In this document: in pieces, positions 7,915 to 17,874 of the stretch
Position numbering within the stretch: position 1 is the stretch's first letter
Layout of the letters: every line of letters begins with the position of its first letter
Origin: Nitrososphaerota archaeon
GTDB lineage: Archaea; Thermoproteota; Bathyarchaeia; Bathyarchaeales; Bathycorpusculaceae
Direction of reading: 5' to 3'
DNA: 64,000 bases
Assembly (NCBI GenBank): GCA_031274765.1
Contig: JAISPR010000035.1
Span: 12,351-76,350, forward strand
Notes under the pieces: model-generated
Database searches by the model: none
Told to the model about the DNA's origin: nothing
Seen by the model: only the letters and a program-made list of their open reading frames with translations
Made by a program: the position numbers and the translations under genes

Positions 7915-8751
7915 ATGGAACAAACCAGCACCCCTAAATTAAAAAAACTCCAAACCTACATAGCAGACAAAGGGAGAGACGGTACAGTTGTTGCATTCTC
8001 CGGAGGCGTAGACAGTACAGTCTTAGCTGCATTTTGCCACCAAATCTTGGCAGAAAAAGCCATAGCGGTCATTACCCAATCTGCCACATACACATCAGAA
8101 GAACTCCAATTCGCTAAAAAAACGGCCCAAACTATAGGCATCCCACTCTATATCATTCAAACCAATGAACTTGAAAACAAAAACTTTCAAAAAAATCCGC
8201 CCAACCGTTGCTATTACTGCAAAAAAGAACGTCTGCAAAAACTTTTTGCTTTTGCCCATTCACACAACCTCAAGACAATATTTGAAGGCACAAACCTCAC
8301 TGATCTACAAGACCATCGGCCCGGCATCCAAGCCATACAAGAAACCCCAAACGTCTATAGTCCATGGATAGCCTGTCAGTTCACCAAAACAGAAATCCGT
8401 GAAACTGCTAAAATTTTAAACTTAAACGTACAGGATAAACCATCAGCATCATGTCTGGCAACTCGGATACCTTTTAATCAGCCCATAACTATAGAGAAAC
8501 TTTATCGTATCAATCAAGCAGAACAAGACATAAAAAGTATAGTACCAATACGGCAATTGCGTGTTAGAGATCACGATGGTTTAGCCCGCATTGAAGTAGG
8601 CATAGAAGACCAACATTTATTTTTTGATAAAACAATATTAGATAAGGTGGTTTTAGCGCTCAAGCAACGAGGATTTTTGTATGTCACCTTTGATTTAGAG
8701 GGTTATCAAACAGGAAGTATGCTAAGAGCCCCACTAACCCATAATGGATAA
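7915..8751 (+). CDS. larE: LarE, ATP-dependent sulfur transferase (PP-loop)
   Basis: PP-loop AFSGGVDSTVLA; PSASCLATRIP (the L. plantarum Cys176-type site); an additional CYYC pair. Confidence 0.9.
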   Translation: MEQTSTPKLKKLQTYIADKGRDGTVVAFSGGVDSTVLAAFCHQILAEKAIAVITQSATYTSEELQFAKKTAQTIGIPLYIIQTNELENKNFQKNPPNRCYYCKKERLQKLFAFAHSHNLKTIFEGTNLTDLQDHRPGIQAIQETPNVYSPWIACQFTKTEIRETAKILNLNVQDKPSASCLATRIPFNQPITIEKLYRINQAEQDIKSIVPIRQLRVRDHDGLARIEVGIEDQHLFFDKTILDKVVLALKQRGFLYVTFDLEGYQTGSMLRAPLTHNG

Positions 8752-8866
8752 CCGATAATGTTAATCAGTATGGAGACTTTAGTGGGTTAGGTGCTTGTCA
8801 GGAAACTATTTGTTATTTAGAGCCCGATATGAACTGCAGGGACAATAGTGAGTTGCATAAAAACTT

Positions 8867-10135
8867 TTAGCGGTGGTTAGAGGAGTCTTTTTTGGGGGTA
8901 TCTTTTGGAGCGATAATTCCTGTTTTTGTTGTTTTAGTCCAGTCTCTTTTGCTTCTAAATATCAGTTTTAGAAATGCCCAGCCTGCAATAAACATCTGAA
9001 CAAGCCAATAAACATAAACACACGGTATCCAGAAGATATTTTTAGGTTTAATAGGCTTCTCGGAGGTAACTAGACCAACTCCGACAGAGACCAGTGAAAC
9101 TGCGGTTAGCGCAATGACTAGGCCAGTAAAGTTTAGAACTGGGGTGCTTTGAGAAAAAAAGAAAGCAACCAAAAACCAATTGATATAGCTTAGTAATGAT
9201 ACTACCATCATAAAGGGTCCGGCGAGTGAGATTTCTGCGTCTATGGTTCGTTTGTTGATATGTTCAAGGAGGCGGCCATATTTTAGGGCGGTTTCCATGT
9301 ATCCGCGGTACCAGCGGACTCTTTGTTTGAATAGACTTTTTAGTGCATTGGGGGTTTCTTGTCCTGAGCAGACATCAGGGGCATATTTGACGAAATGATT
9401 TTTTTCTACAAGCCGGAGGGCTAATTCGACATCTTCGGTAAGTGAGTTTTCATTCCAGCCGCCCATCTCTGTTAGTATGTTGTGTCTGATGAATTGGCAA
9501 CTTCCGTTTAGGGGGACAAACAGGTGCATTTTTTCGCGTCCGCTCATGAGCATTTGGAACCAGGCTTTCTCTTCTGAGGAGATAACTCTTGTGAGGAGGT
9601 TGTTTTTTGCGTTAATGGATGTTGTCATTCCTTGGATAGCGGTGATTTGTTTATCGGTAAAGTATGAGGCGACTTTGAGGAGAACATTTTTTTCGGGTAG
9701 GCTGTCAGCATCAAACACGCCTACTATGTCGCCTGTGGCGTATGTTAATGCAATGTTGAGGGCGGTTGGTTTTCCGTGGGTGGTTTGTTCGCGAATGACT
9801 GTTATGTTTTCGGGGTATTGTTGTTTGATTTCGTTACAGATATTAGAAGTGTTATCAGCCGAGTTGCCATCGATTACGATTATTTGTAATTTTTCTTTTG
9901 GATAATCTATGTTCATGATACCATTTAGGCAACGGTAGATTACAGTTTCTTCATTTTTTGTGGGGACAATTATTGAAAAAGTTGGAAGATCTTGGGGAGT
10001 GTTCTTTGAAATATCGATAGGTTGGATTTTGCGTTTATTTCTTATACCCACATAAATAATAGACCCGTTATACACTGACCAAAAAAGCAGCACAGAGAGT
10101 AACACAATAGAGACTGTTTCAAAAATCACTAACAT
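8867..10135 (-). CDS. membrane-bound family 2 glycosyltransferase (processive-type)
   Basis: SIIVPTKNE, DADS (DxD) and QRVRWYRG (QxxRW) motifs. One N-terminal TM and several C-terminal TMs. Confidence 0.85.
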   Translation of the reverse strand: MLVIFETVSIVLLSVLLFWSVYNGSIIYVGIRNKRKIQPIDISKNTPQDLPTFSIIVPTKNEETVIYRCLNGIMNIDYPKEKLQIIVIDGNSADNTSNICNEIKQQYPENITVIREQTTHGKPTALNIALTYATGDIVGVFDADSLPEKNVLLKVASYFTDKQITAIQGMTTSINAKNNLLTRVISSEEKAWFQMLMSGREKMHLFVPLNGSCQFIRHNILTEMGGWNENSLTEDVELALRLVEKNHFVKYAPDVCSGQETPNALKSLFKQRVRWYRGYMETALKYGRLLEHINKRTIDAEISLAGPFMMVVSLLSYINWFLVAFFFSQSTPVLNFTGLVIALTAVSLVSVGVGLVTSEKPIKPKNIFWIPCVYVYWLVQMFIAGWAFLKLIFRSKRDWTKTTKTGIIAPKDTPKKDSSNHR

Positions 10136-10836
10136 AGTTTATTCGAACCCGTTTTCGAATCCAGGAAACTATAGAATTCACAAGTCAATAGATTTTCAGT
10201 AACAAAACATTTAGCCTCAAGACTCATAGATCGTGTCTGCCACGGACAGATAAAACATGTTGTCATTACATCCACATATACCAATTGAGCTCTTTTAAGG
10301 TTTGTTTTCTTTCCCACCCACAAATTCAAAACCACCACCACCGCTATTTCTTACTTACCCTCACAATTTGAATAAAAATTTACAATGAACCAAAGCCCAG
10401 AAAAGCACCAAAAACACTACTAAAAAACAACCAAACAACCCAAACAAAAACCACAACCAAAACTAACACCCACCCACAAGTCCCCTACCATGTCATCACA
10501 AACAAACAACCAAATAACCAAACATAACTCAAACCACGCCATGACCCAATCACAAAAACATAAACTCGACACCAGACAAATACTAAACCTCAGACCGTGC
10601 AATAACGCTTTGTTCTGAGAAATTTTCTCATTTTATTGTACTTCCAATATATTCGAGATGATTTTTAACAATTTTTTCCACAATGGCACCAATACATGAA
10701 AAATCATAACAACACCCCACATGTTATTTGTTTTTTACACATTCTGCGATATAATTTTGTGGTCAAGATGCAGTTTAGGTAGTTCAATTCACCAAAAAAA
10801 GCAACGTATTTAACACGCAGAAAATATATTTACAGC

Positions 10837-11421
10837 TTGGTGAAAATACCGCAATTTCGTGATCCAATTCATGGATTTATTGCTATAAGTGAGGACGAGC
10901 AGAGAATAGTGATGCTACGCCTTTTCAACGACTTAGAAATATACGCCAGCTTGCAACTACCTATCTTGTTTATCATGGGGCAGAATACTCGTTTTGGGCA
11001 TTCATTAGGTAATGCATTTAGTCACTCGAGCATTTGACTCGGTAGTTTCCAAGTCAGAGAATTTATTCAGAAATAATTCTAAAGAAAATGCCGCTGTAAT
11101 AAAGTGGTATCGGCAAATATTGCGGTTAATTGCGCTTACACATGATTTAGGCCATACCCTTTTCACATGGAACAGAAGAACTGTTTTCTCAAAAGTATAA
11201 ACATGAAGATTATACGCGAAAACTTGTTGAAAAAACCGAAATTGCAGATTACATAAAAGAAATAGGTGAGAAATTACAAAAAGAACTCGCCGATGAACTC
11301 CAAGCTACACCTGACGAATTGGTTAAAAAGTATAAAATACAAGCCATTACGCCACAATTAATCTGGATAATATATGGTAAAAAACCCAGCATCGATAAAA
11401 TAGCTAAGGATGAATATATTT
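10837..11421 (+). pseudogene. HD-domain phosphohydrolase (SAMHD1/dGTPase-like) pseudogene, frameshifted and 3'-truncated
   Basis: Recognisable HD-family segments lie in three different frames: DPIHGFI...TRFGHSLG (frame 1), MHLVTRAF...LTHDLGH (frame 2) and PFSHGTEELF..KHEDYTRKLV (frame 0). The coding signal stops where repeat A copy 2 begins. Confidence 0.7.
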
Positions 11422-11553
11422 GGCCTTTCGCTATTTTAGGTGGGTACACCCATTCGCCCTTCTTCAAGCTTCTTATGTTCTCCCTTAGTGCTCCATACAA
11501 CATTATACCGCAACAAAACTTATTGACCCCACCCACCTGATTTGACGAATAAC
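11422..11553 (+). mobile_element. Repeat family A, copy 2
   Basis: About 95 percent identical by eye to copy 1. No matching flanking direct repeat. Confidence 0.8.
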
Positions 11554-11572
11554 CAAAGGAAAATTTGGTTAG

Positions 11573-12187
11573 CTATGGTTGACTCATAAATTCAATGAAT
11601 GCATGGAGAGTACGGGGCTGGAGAACATAGTTTGTTTTGCGTTCTGCACCAATGGTTGAAAAAGGCTTAGAACCATAATCATGTCCGGGGTAAACTTCTA
11701 CTTTATCATCTAGTTTCAGGAGTTTGTTGAAAAGACTATCATAGAGATTCTTTGCGTTACCTCCGGGCAGATCTGTTCGACCGCATTCACCCACAAATAG
11801 GGTATCACCGGTCAAGAGTTTCTGGTTGTTTATTAAGATACACATACTATCGGGTGTGTGTCCGGGGGTGTAGAGTATTCTTAGAAGTATGTCTCCGGTG
11901 TTTAATGTTTCACCATCTTCAGGTTGGAGGTCACTATCAACGTTAGATTGTTTATGAGCGATGATTTTTGCTCCAAAGATGGAACGCAACTCGGTGTTAC
12001 CAGCAATATGGTCTAAATGTCCATGGGTGTTAATTATGTATTTGAGGCTAAAGTTTTTGGCGTTAATCATTTTGATGACTGCATCAGCATTGTAACTTGA
12101 ATCAATCACCGTCGCTGTATTGGTTTTTTCATCAGCCACGATATAGGAAAAGTTGTCACCATGTTGCTGAATCTGTTTAAAGAACAA
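11573..12187 (-). CDS. MBL-fold metallo-hydrolase (glyoxalase II-like)
   Basis: THGHLDHIAG (HxHxDH), a later YTPGHTPDS motif and a C-terminal GHDY. Confidence 0.85.
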   Translation of the reverse strand: MFFKQIQQHGDNFSYIVADEKTNTATVIDSSYNADAVIKMINAKNFSLKYIINTHGHLDHIAGNTELRSIFGAKIIAHKQSNVDSDLQPEDGETLNTGDILLRILYTPGHTPDSMCILINNQKLLTGDTLFVGECGRTDLPGGNAKNLYDSLFNKLLKLDDKVEVYPGHDYGSKPFSTIGAERKTNYVLQPRTLHAFIEFMSQP

Positions 12188-13096
12188 TTGGCTCGCCTAC
12201 TTTTTTGGACAATCCTCTACTCAGCAGAGTATATAGGGGCTGCTCTGTTAGCTTATCCGCAGCATAGGGCAAACATCCACTTATTTGTTATATAGCTGTC
12301 AGAAGCCACACTACCTGCGCAATAACAAAACCACACAGCATTGTTAAATGTACGGTTATATCGGTTCTTTTTGGATTTTATGCTTGTTTTATAATTAGCC
12401 GGCATTATTTACTATATTAATCAATCAAGTTCGTTACACACCCAACATTGACAAAACAGATCAACTATCAGTTTGTTAAGATATCATTTCTACCCAACCA
12501 AAATAAACCGCAAAAAGCGCCAAATTCACATCTTCATACTCCAGAACAGAAAACATTTGCCCAGGACAAACTTATCATCAGTACATTATTAGAAATTTGT
12601 TCCACCACCAAAACTTGAGATACGACCAAACATTAGCAATATTGGGCCTAAATTTTTTTAGCGCTTCGGGTTAATGAACAAATAAAACAAGAAATGACCA
12701 GATTCATTGGAGGAAAATGACAAGTGTTTGAACCTGTGCAGGGGTTATTTGAATACATGGGATATAACAGTTGAGCAGATATCAAATTAATCCCGCCAAA
12801 TAACAATTATATTTCCAGATTTAGAATTAAAAAAATAAGTAATTGTTGTTTTTCAACAATAAACTCAAACAGAGCAGCCCCACACGATTAAACATCTGTA
12901 GATTGTGTGATTTGAAGGGTCAGGTGTTATTACACCTTTAGCGGCGGTTTTGTGAATTTTGTATTTTTATAGAGTTACACCTATATAGGCTCATGCCTTA
13001 TTTAAAAATGCAGAATGTAATCGGGAAGAAGTAAATTTCTCCAGCTAATTTGCTCTTTTCAGATAGTTCGCCAACCAAGAGGGGAGATAATGAAAA

Positions 13097-13720
13097 ATGA
13101 AGCCAAAAAAGCCAACCCTTGAAGACCAGCTTGCCTTCATCTCGGCACAGCACGACGTTTATCCAACTGAGCTTTTCGCGGCTCTTGTGCAGTCCAAAAA
13201 TGGAGGTAAACGGTCAGTGGGAGAGTTAACTGTAGAGTACCGTGGCGATGTTGCTAAACAAGCCATTTTCTTATTAACTAAAGAAGGCCGAGTCATCGCA
13301 CAGTTTAGAGTTCCTCAAGACACACTCACAAGAAGTGACATCTCATTTGACAACTCGATGGATACGGGTAGAGTACGCAGAGAAATTGCAAGGCAAAATC
13401 CAGCGCCCACCCATATAAAAATTGAAGATTTACGTGTCGGCATGAAAAAAATCAATGTAAGCGCTGAAGTAATTGAGGTAGCAGAACCCTCAAAGGTTCA
13501 CACACAATTCCGCGACAACGCGGTTGTCTCAAACGCGATAATTCAAGACGACTCGGGACAGATTCTGCTTTGTTTATGGGACCAACAGATTAACACCATC
13601 CATGCCGGCGATTGTATCGAAGTCAAAAATGCTCATGTTGCCATGTTCAAAGGTGAAAGACAACTAAGACTTGGGAAAAACGGTTCAATTAGCATCCTTG
13701 AGGAGCCTCTGGGGCACTAA
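13097..13720 (+). CDS. OB-fold nucleic-acid-binding protein (SSB/RPA-like C-terminal domain)
   Basis: The C-terminal ~100 aa (INVSAEVIEV...VVSNAIIQDDSGQILLCLWDQQ...GDCIEVKNAHVAMFKGERQLRLGKNGSI) has the typical single-OB pattern. The N-terminal half is unassigned. Confidence 0.55.
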   Translation: MKPKKPTLEDQLAFISAQHDVYPTELFAALVQSKNGGKRSVGELTVEYRGDVAKQAIFLLTKEGRVIAQFRVPQDTLTRSDISFDNSMDTGRVRREIARQNPAPTHIKIEDLRVGMKKINVSAEVIEVAEPSKVHTQFRDNAVVSNAIIQDDSGQILLCLWDQQINTIHAGDCIEVKNAHVAMFKGERQLRLGKNGSISILEEPLGH

Positions 13721-13821
13721 CTTTTTTTACGAGTTAACAAATCACACTGGATAGACACAACCCAAATATATCGTGTATATGGGACATTGTTAGAACCGGT
13801 TGCCTGAAACTATTAAACGCT

Positions 13822-13936
13822 CAGACTGCGCAAAAAGTCAAAAACAACATCTAAACACCACAGACAGCGTATAGCACTCCACCTATTGCTGTATGTAGTG
13901 GCCTTGATAAATTTTATCAGAGTTTTGCGCAGTCTG
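13822..13936. repeat. 14-bp perfect inverted repeat enclosing ~87 bp
   Basis: CAGACTGCGCAAAA (13822-13835) and TTTTGCGCAGTCTG (13923-13936), in a convergent intergenic region. Confidence 0.6.
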
Positions 13937-14109
13937 CACTCTGAAAAACAGGAAAAATAGTTTCATTCTTTCCGTTAAAATGTGAAAAATTAGTTTTCAG
14001 ATATCCTCCTTGGCAAGGGGTTTATGACCAACTATAAGGAAACACTCAAGCAATTGATTCTAAACAAAGTGGCTTCTGTGCTTGAATGTCACAACCGTGA
14101 TTTACCATA

Positions 14110-14655
14110 TTATTGGAGGGGAATTTCCCAGTAGCTTATGATGTCACCTTTAACCCATCTACCACCAAGGCTTCGCACAGTTTCGTTAATATCTTCCCAC
14201 TCAGCTTTGAGAAACGTCACAGGTTTTACGATCACACAGTTTTCTTTGATAGTAAAACTTAGAAGTTTACGTTGATCAGAGCTAAACTCATTTTCCATCT
14301 TGGCGGCATAACGACTAGGTGAATGTGGGGGTGGTTTTAGTGTTAGGGGGGCAGGTTGAGGGGGAGTATATATGGGTTTTGGTTCGATATTTTGTACAGA
14401 ACAGATAGGGTTTAGGGTTGATGAGGCGCTATTGTTAGTTATGGTGGCTGTGTTGAATTCGGGAAGGGGAAAGTTATCAGGTATGTCTTCAAAAGTGTCG
14501 CTTCTAATTATTAGGGTAATCTGTCGGCTCAGTAGTTCCATTTTTATGTCTAAGAGTTCTGTATCGTTTGGGAGATTGGAAGTAAAGGTGCAAGGTTTTC
14601 CCTGTAAAAACTCGACAAATCGCTCCACGGGAAATGTTAGGGTTCGTAGCTTCAT
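14110..14655 (-). CDS. hypothetical protein with a Pro-rich linker
   Basis: 181-aa ORF with two globular-looking halves joined by PKPIYTPPQPAPLTLKPPPHSP. No family recognised. Confidence 0.5.
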   Translation of the reverse strand: MKLRTLTFPVERFVEFLQGKPCTFTSNLPNDTELLDIKMELLSRQITLIIRSDTFEDIPDNFPLPEFNTATITNNSASSTLNPICSVQNIEPKPIYTPPQPAPLTLKPPPHSPSRYAAKMENEFSSDQRKLLSFTIKENCVIVKPVTFLKAEWEDINETVRSLGGRWVKGDIISYWEIPLQ

Positions 14656-15141
14656 ATTTGTTGCGCTCAGTTGGCTAAAGGAACAGATAACATAAAAGTA
14701 TTGTCATCAGACATTTAGAAACAGGAATCATTTGATGTAGCTACAAGGATACCTATTAGGTTAAGGAATGGCGTAGAGGAGTTTGTTTTGTGATAATTTG
14801 CTATTGCAGCAGATAATCGCTCAATTAACTCGTGGACCACGTTTGTCCATATAGAAGTGTCAAACCATTCTTGTCCTCTAAAGAGAAGGTATATAGTTAG
14901 AATGAGAAAAGGTGAGTCTGTTCCTACTCCAACGGATAGAAATACCCCAATAGGAAGGGAGAGGGTTCTCTATCCGCTTCACAGGCTCTCCTCACCAAGG
15001 GGGTGAACACTCACTGACTAATTTAAACGTTAGCACAGTCAGGGCTTAATTTGCTATCGATATATCAGATCAGCACAAACAAGCCCGCTTGAGAGAAAAT
15101 TAGGATTAATACACCCTTAGGTTGCGGGGGTTAGCGAGATA

Positions 15142-15645
15142 TCAGAAGTGTTGACTGATTAACTTTATCAAATCTATAGCTGACAAGTCGTATTTGCAAT
15201 TGGGACAGTTTTTCTGGATTTCTTGTTTAGCACCAATTTTGAGGGGTGTACCGCAGTGACAGCAAAAGTATGTGAGTAGTTGACCACGTTTACCCAATTC
15301 TTCAACAAGGTCGTCAATGGTTAGGAGCTGGGCAGGTTTTTCTTTGAATTCTTTACGTGTAGCTTCGGCTTTAGCTTTCAGTTCGGCAACAACGCTAGGA
15401 TTGGTACTAGTTGTAAAGTATTCGCATTTGGTGTTATGTACATAGGGTTCGTCGAGTTCAGTCCCGAAAAGTTCACAGTTTCCTATGTGGAAAAATACGC
15501 ATGCTAGACAACTATTTTTTCGGTATTCGGCATCTAAGGTTTTGTAACAGGTAGGGCAGACTTCGACGTTTTTGCCGTTTTTTACAGTATTTAGGGCAAT
15601 TCCGCGGTAAGTTTGGCCACAGACTTGACAGATTGGTTTTGCCAT
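15142..15645 (-). CDS. multi-zinc-ribbon protein
   Basis: CQVCG...CPTCY at the N-terminus and CCHCG...CPNCKY at the C-terminus, joined by a charged helical linker. Confidence 0.6.
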   Translation of the reverse strand: MAKPICQVCGQTYRGIALNTVKNGKNVEVCPTCYKTLDAEYRKNSCLACVFFHIGNCELFGTELDEPYVHNTKCEYFTTSTNPSVVAELKAKAEATRKEFKEKPAQLLTIDDLVEELGKRGQLLTYFCCHCGTPLKIGAKQEIQKNCPNCKYDLSAIDLIKLISQHF

Positions 15646-17029
15646 GGATTATCAAGAGGGAAATTGTGACAGGCTTATTTAATGTTCGCCAATAAAATTA
15701 AAAAGAACCCCTTTGCAGGTAACCGGTCTTTGTCCTTAAGGGATGTAAAGCTGTAGAGGGCCGGTAGGTAAAGTCCAGAGGGGGAAATATTGTGTGTGTA
15801 GGGGGAATTTTTTAGTCAAGAAACCTTGACTAAGCCTTAGTCCAGAAATCTTGACAAAAATGCTTTTACGTTCTAAAACTAAGCAGAACATGGTGAGTGA
15901 TATGCCAACAAATCATTATGTGTTAAACCATAGACACATTGTTCGGATACAGAAGAAGGGTAGCCTTCTTTGCTTAATATGTCATAAACCCATTCTTGAG
16001 GGACAAAGGGTCGCAACTCGAAAATGCACCGCGCTAAGACATGAAGAATGTTATCAAGCTTCATTTCTTTGAGCAACATCAGTGGTCTTGAAAATAAAAT
16101 ACACCCAGATCGCGAAGGCTAAATGTAGGGATCCGCAGGCATAATTGAGAGGCTGGTAGAAGCTATTGCAAAAAGATGGAATTGCGGATGCGCATTAACT
16201 TAGTGCCCTATCTATGGATGGATAAACAAAGCAAATGAATATAAAATATCAACTCTTTACATCAATAAAGGGACTATGAGCACCTCAAGTTGGCTACATT
16301 AGGGTCCAGTCTCTTATCAACCACTTTAAAGCATCGACCAGAGTAAACGGGTTATATTTTGCAAGTGTCATTTAGTTGTCAGAGATAATCAATATCGTGT
16401 GAAGACAGAAATGGTGTTTTAGGTTTATTTTTGGATGTAGGTTAGGGGGATTATATGTCAAATATTGTATTTGTGTGTGTTGCTCTCTAATTGCTTCTAT
16501 CATGACTTGTTCATAGGTTATTTTGGTCTTGGCGTTACAAGTCAATCAACAGATATTTTGTTTTCTGTAATATTGTTTGTTTTTTCGAATTTAATTTATA
16601 TTCAATATTTTGGATAAAATTGTGTTGAATTATTTATGTAATTTGTTTATGAGTGTTTTACGTCATTTGTTGTTCATTTGGCATGTTTTTTAACATTGAG
16701 TGGATAAAAATAATTTTGTTTTGTTTAAAATAACAAGGGGTTTAATTTAAAATATGTTACTTTAATCAACGGCTCTCATATTTCAGGTTCAATCAACCTT
16801 GCATTTGTAACTAAGTTGTTATCTTAAATAATAAGTTTTATCTTGTCAGATAACAAGAGAAAAGGTGGGAAGTATGGAAAATTCGAAATTTGGCAGTCAA
16901 CGTTGGCAGAAACTGACAAAATTATAAAAAATAATTTTTTACCTGCATAAAACACTCCGTGACTTAATATGAGAACGATAGGGCCCATAGGCACTGGAGC
17001 CATCTGCAGATAAAAGAGAAGTAAACAAT

Positions 17030-17160
17030 AGCCTTTTGCTATTTTAGGCGGGTACACTCATCCACCCTTCTTCAAACTTGCTATCTTCTCCCTCATGCCC
17101 CATATAACAGTATACCACAACGAAACTTATTGGCCCTACCCACCTGATTTGACGAATAAC
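17030..17160 (+). mobile_element. Repeat family A, copy 3 (most diverged)
   Basis: Aligns over its full length to copies 1, 2 and 4. Flanks AACAATA / AACAAATA resemble a degraded target duplication. Confidence 0.7.
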
Positions 17161-17301
17161 CAACAAATACTGCTGTAACAGATACATAGCAGATAACGAA
17201 CAAGTAGAGGCATCATTTTTGACAATGAAGTTGGAAGTAATAGAAGAATAGATTTGATATAAATAATAGAGAAATGAGTAATAACAGCATCCACAGTTCA
17301 T

Positions 17302-17409
17302 GGGCGAGTAGCTCAGCACGGATTGGTTGTTGTAATAGTCGGCAACCACGTAGAGAGCACCAGCCTCCTAAGTTGGGGGTCGAGGGTTCAAATCCCTCCT
17401 CGTCCGCCA
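17302..17409 (+). tRNA. tRNA-Arg (anticodon CCU) with a ~28-nt insertion in the D-loop (putative non-canonical intron); CCA encoded
   Basis: Acceptor GGGCGAG/CTCGTCC (one G-U); D stem GCTC/GAGC separated by 38 nt instead of ~9; anticodon arm CCAGC-CTCCTAA-GTTGG; T arm GAGGG-TTCAAAT-CCCTC; discriminator G then CCA. Confidence 0.8.
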
Positions 17410-17874
17410 TTCATTTTTAATACACAACCATTTCAAGTGTAATCCGCCAGGCTTCTTTTAGAACACAAATTTATGAAAGAACTGCATTTAATGATAAAAA
17501 CTTCAAGCATTTAGTTCGCGTGAGTACAACACATAAACATGCATATACAGTCAGATTTACTAACAAAATAACCTGAAAACTTAAATCCCAACTAAAGACA
17601 CAAAATACAGACACATTTCTTAATATGTATTCAGCACATCAGTGAAATACCACATTAAATCACATACCACAAATATACATATTCAATCAAGAGTGTTAAA
17701 CAAAAATAACATGAAAAACTATTCCAACGAAAACCAAGTTTTTTAAAATTTAACAAACTACACAAGCTAAACACATATCATTTTTACTAAGCGCTAAATA
17801 CACACCTAAAAATTTGCTTTGTTGCTACCATAAATAGGAGTAAATTAAAACCACAACAAATACGTGTTATTTAT

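Noticed and set aside
10420-10602. Small ORFs inside AC-rich or GT-rich tracts (10420-10602, 17932-18168, 18414-18632, 63708-63890, 44736-44987, 45363-45647).
   Set aside because: These are low-complexity translations driven by base composition, with no start signals or motifs.
12236-12881. 14-bp inverted repeat GGGGCTGCTCTGTT / AACAGAGCAGCCCC, 620 bp apart, bracketing most of the 900-bp non-coding region between the MBL hydrolase and the OB-fold gene.
   Set aside because: At this spacing a 14-mer inverted match is only marginally unexpected (about 0.2 expected by chance in the window). I see no other element-like features inside.
15851-16072. 73-aa ORF with Cys/His residues (LCLICHKPILEG...CTALRHEECY), and its antisense partner 15879-16079.
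   Set aside because: Two mutually overlapping small ORFs with no recognisable family. I cannot decide which one, if either, is real.
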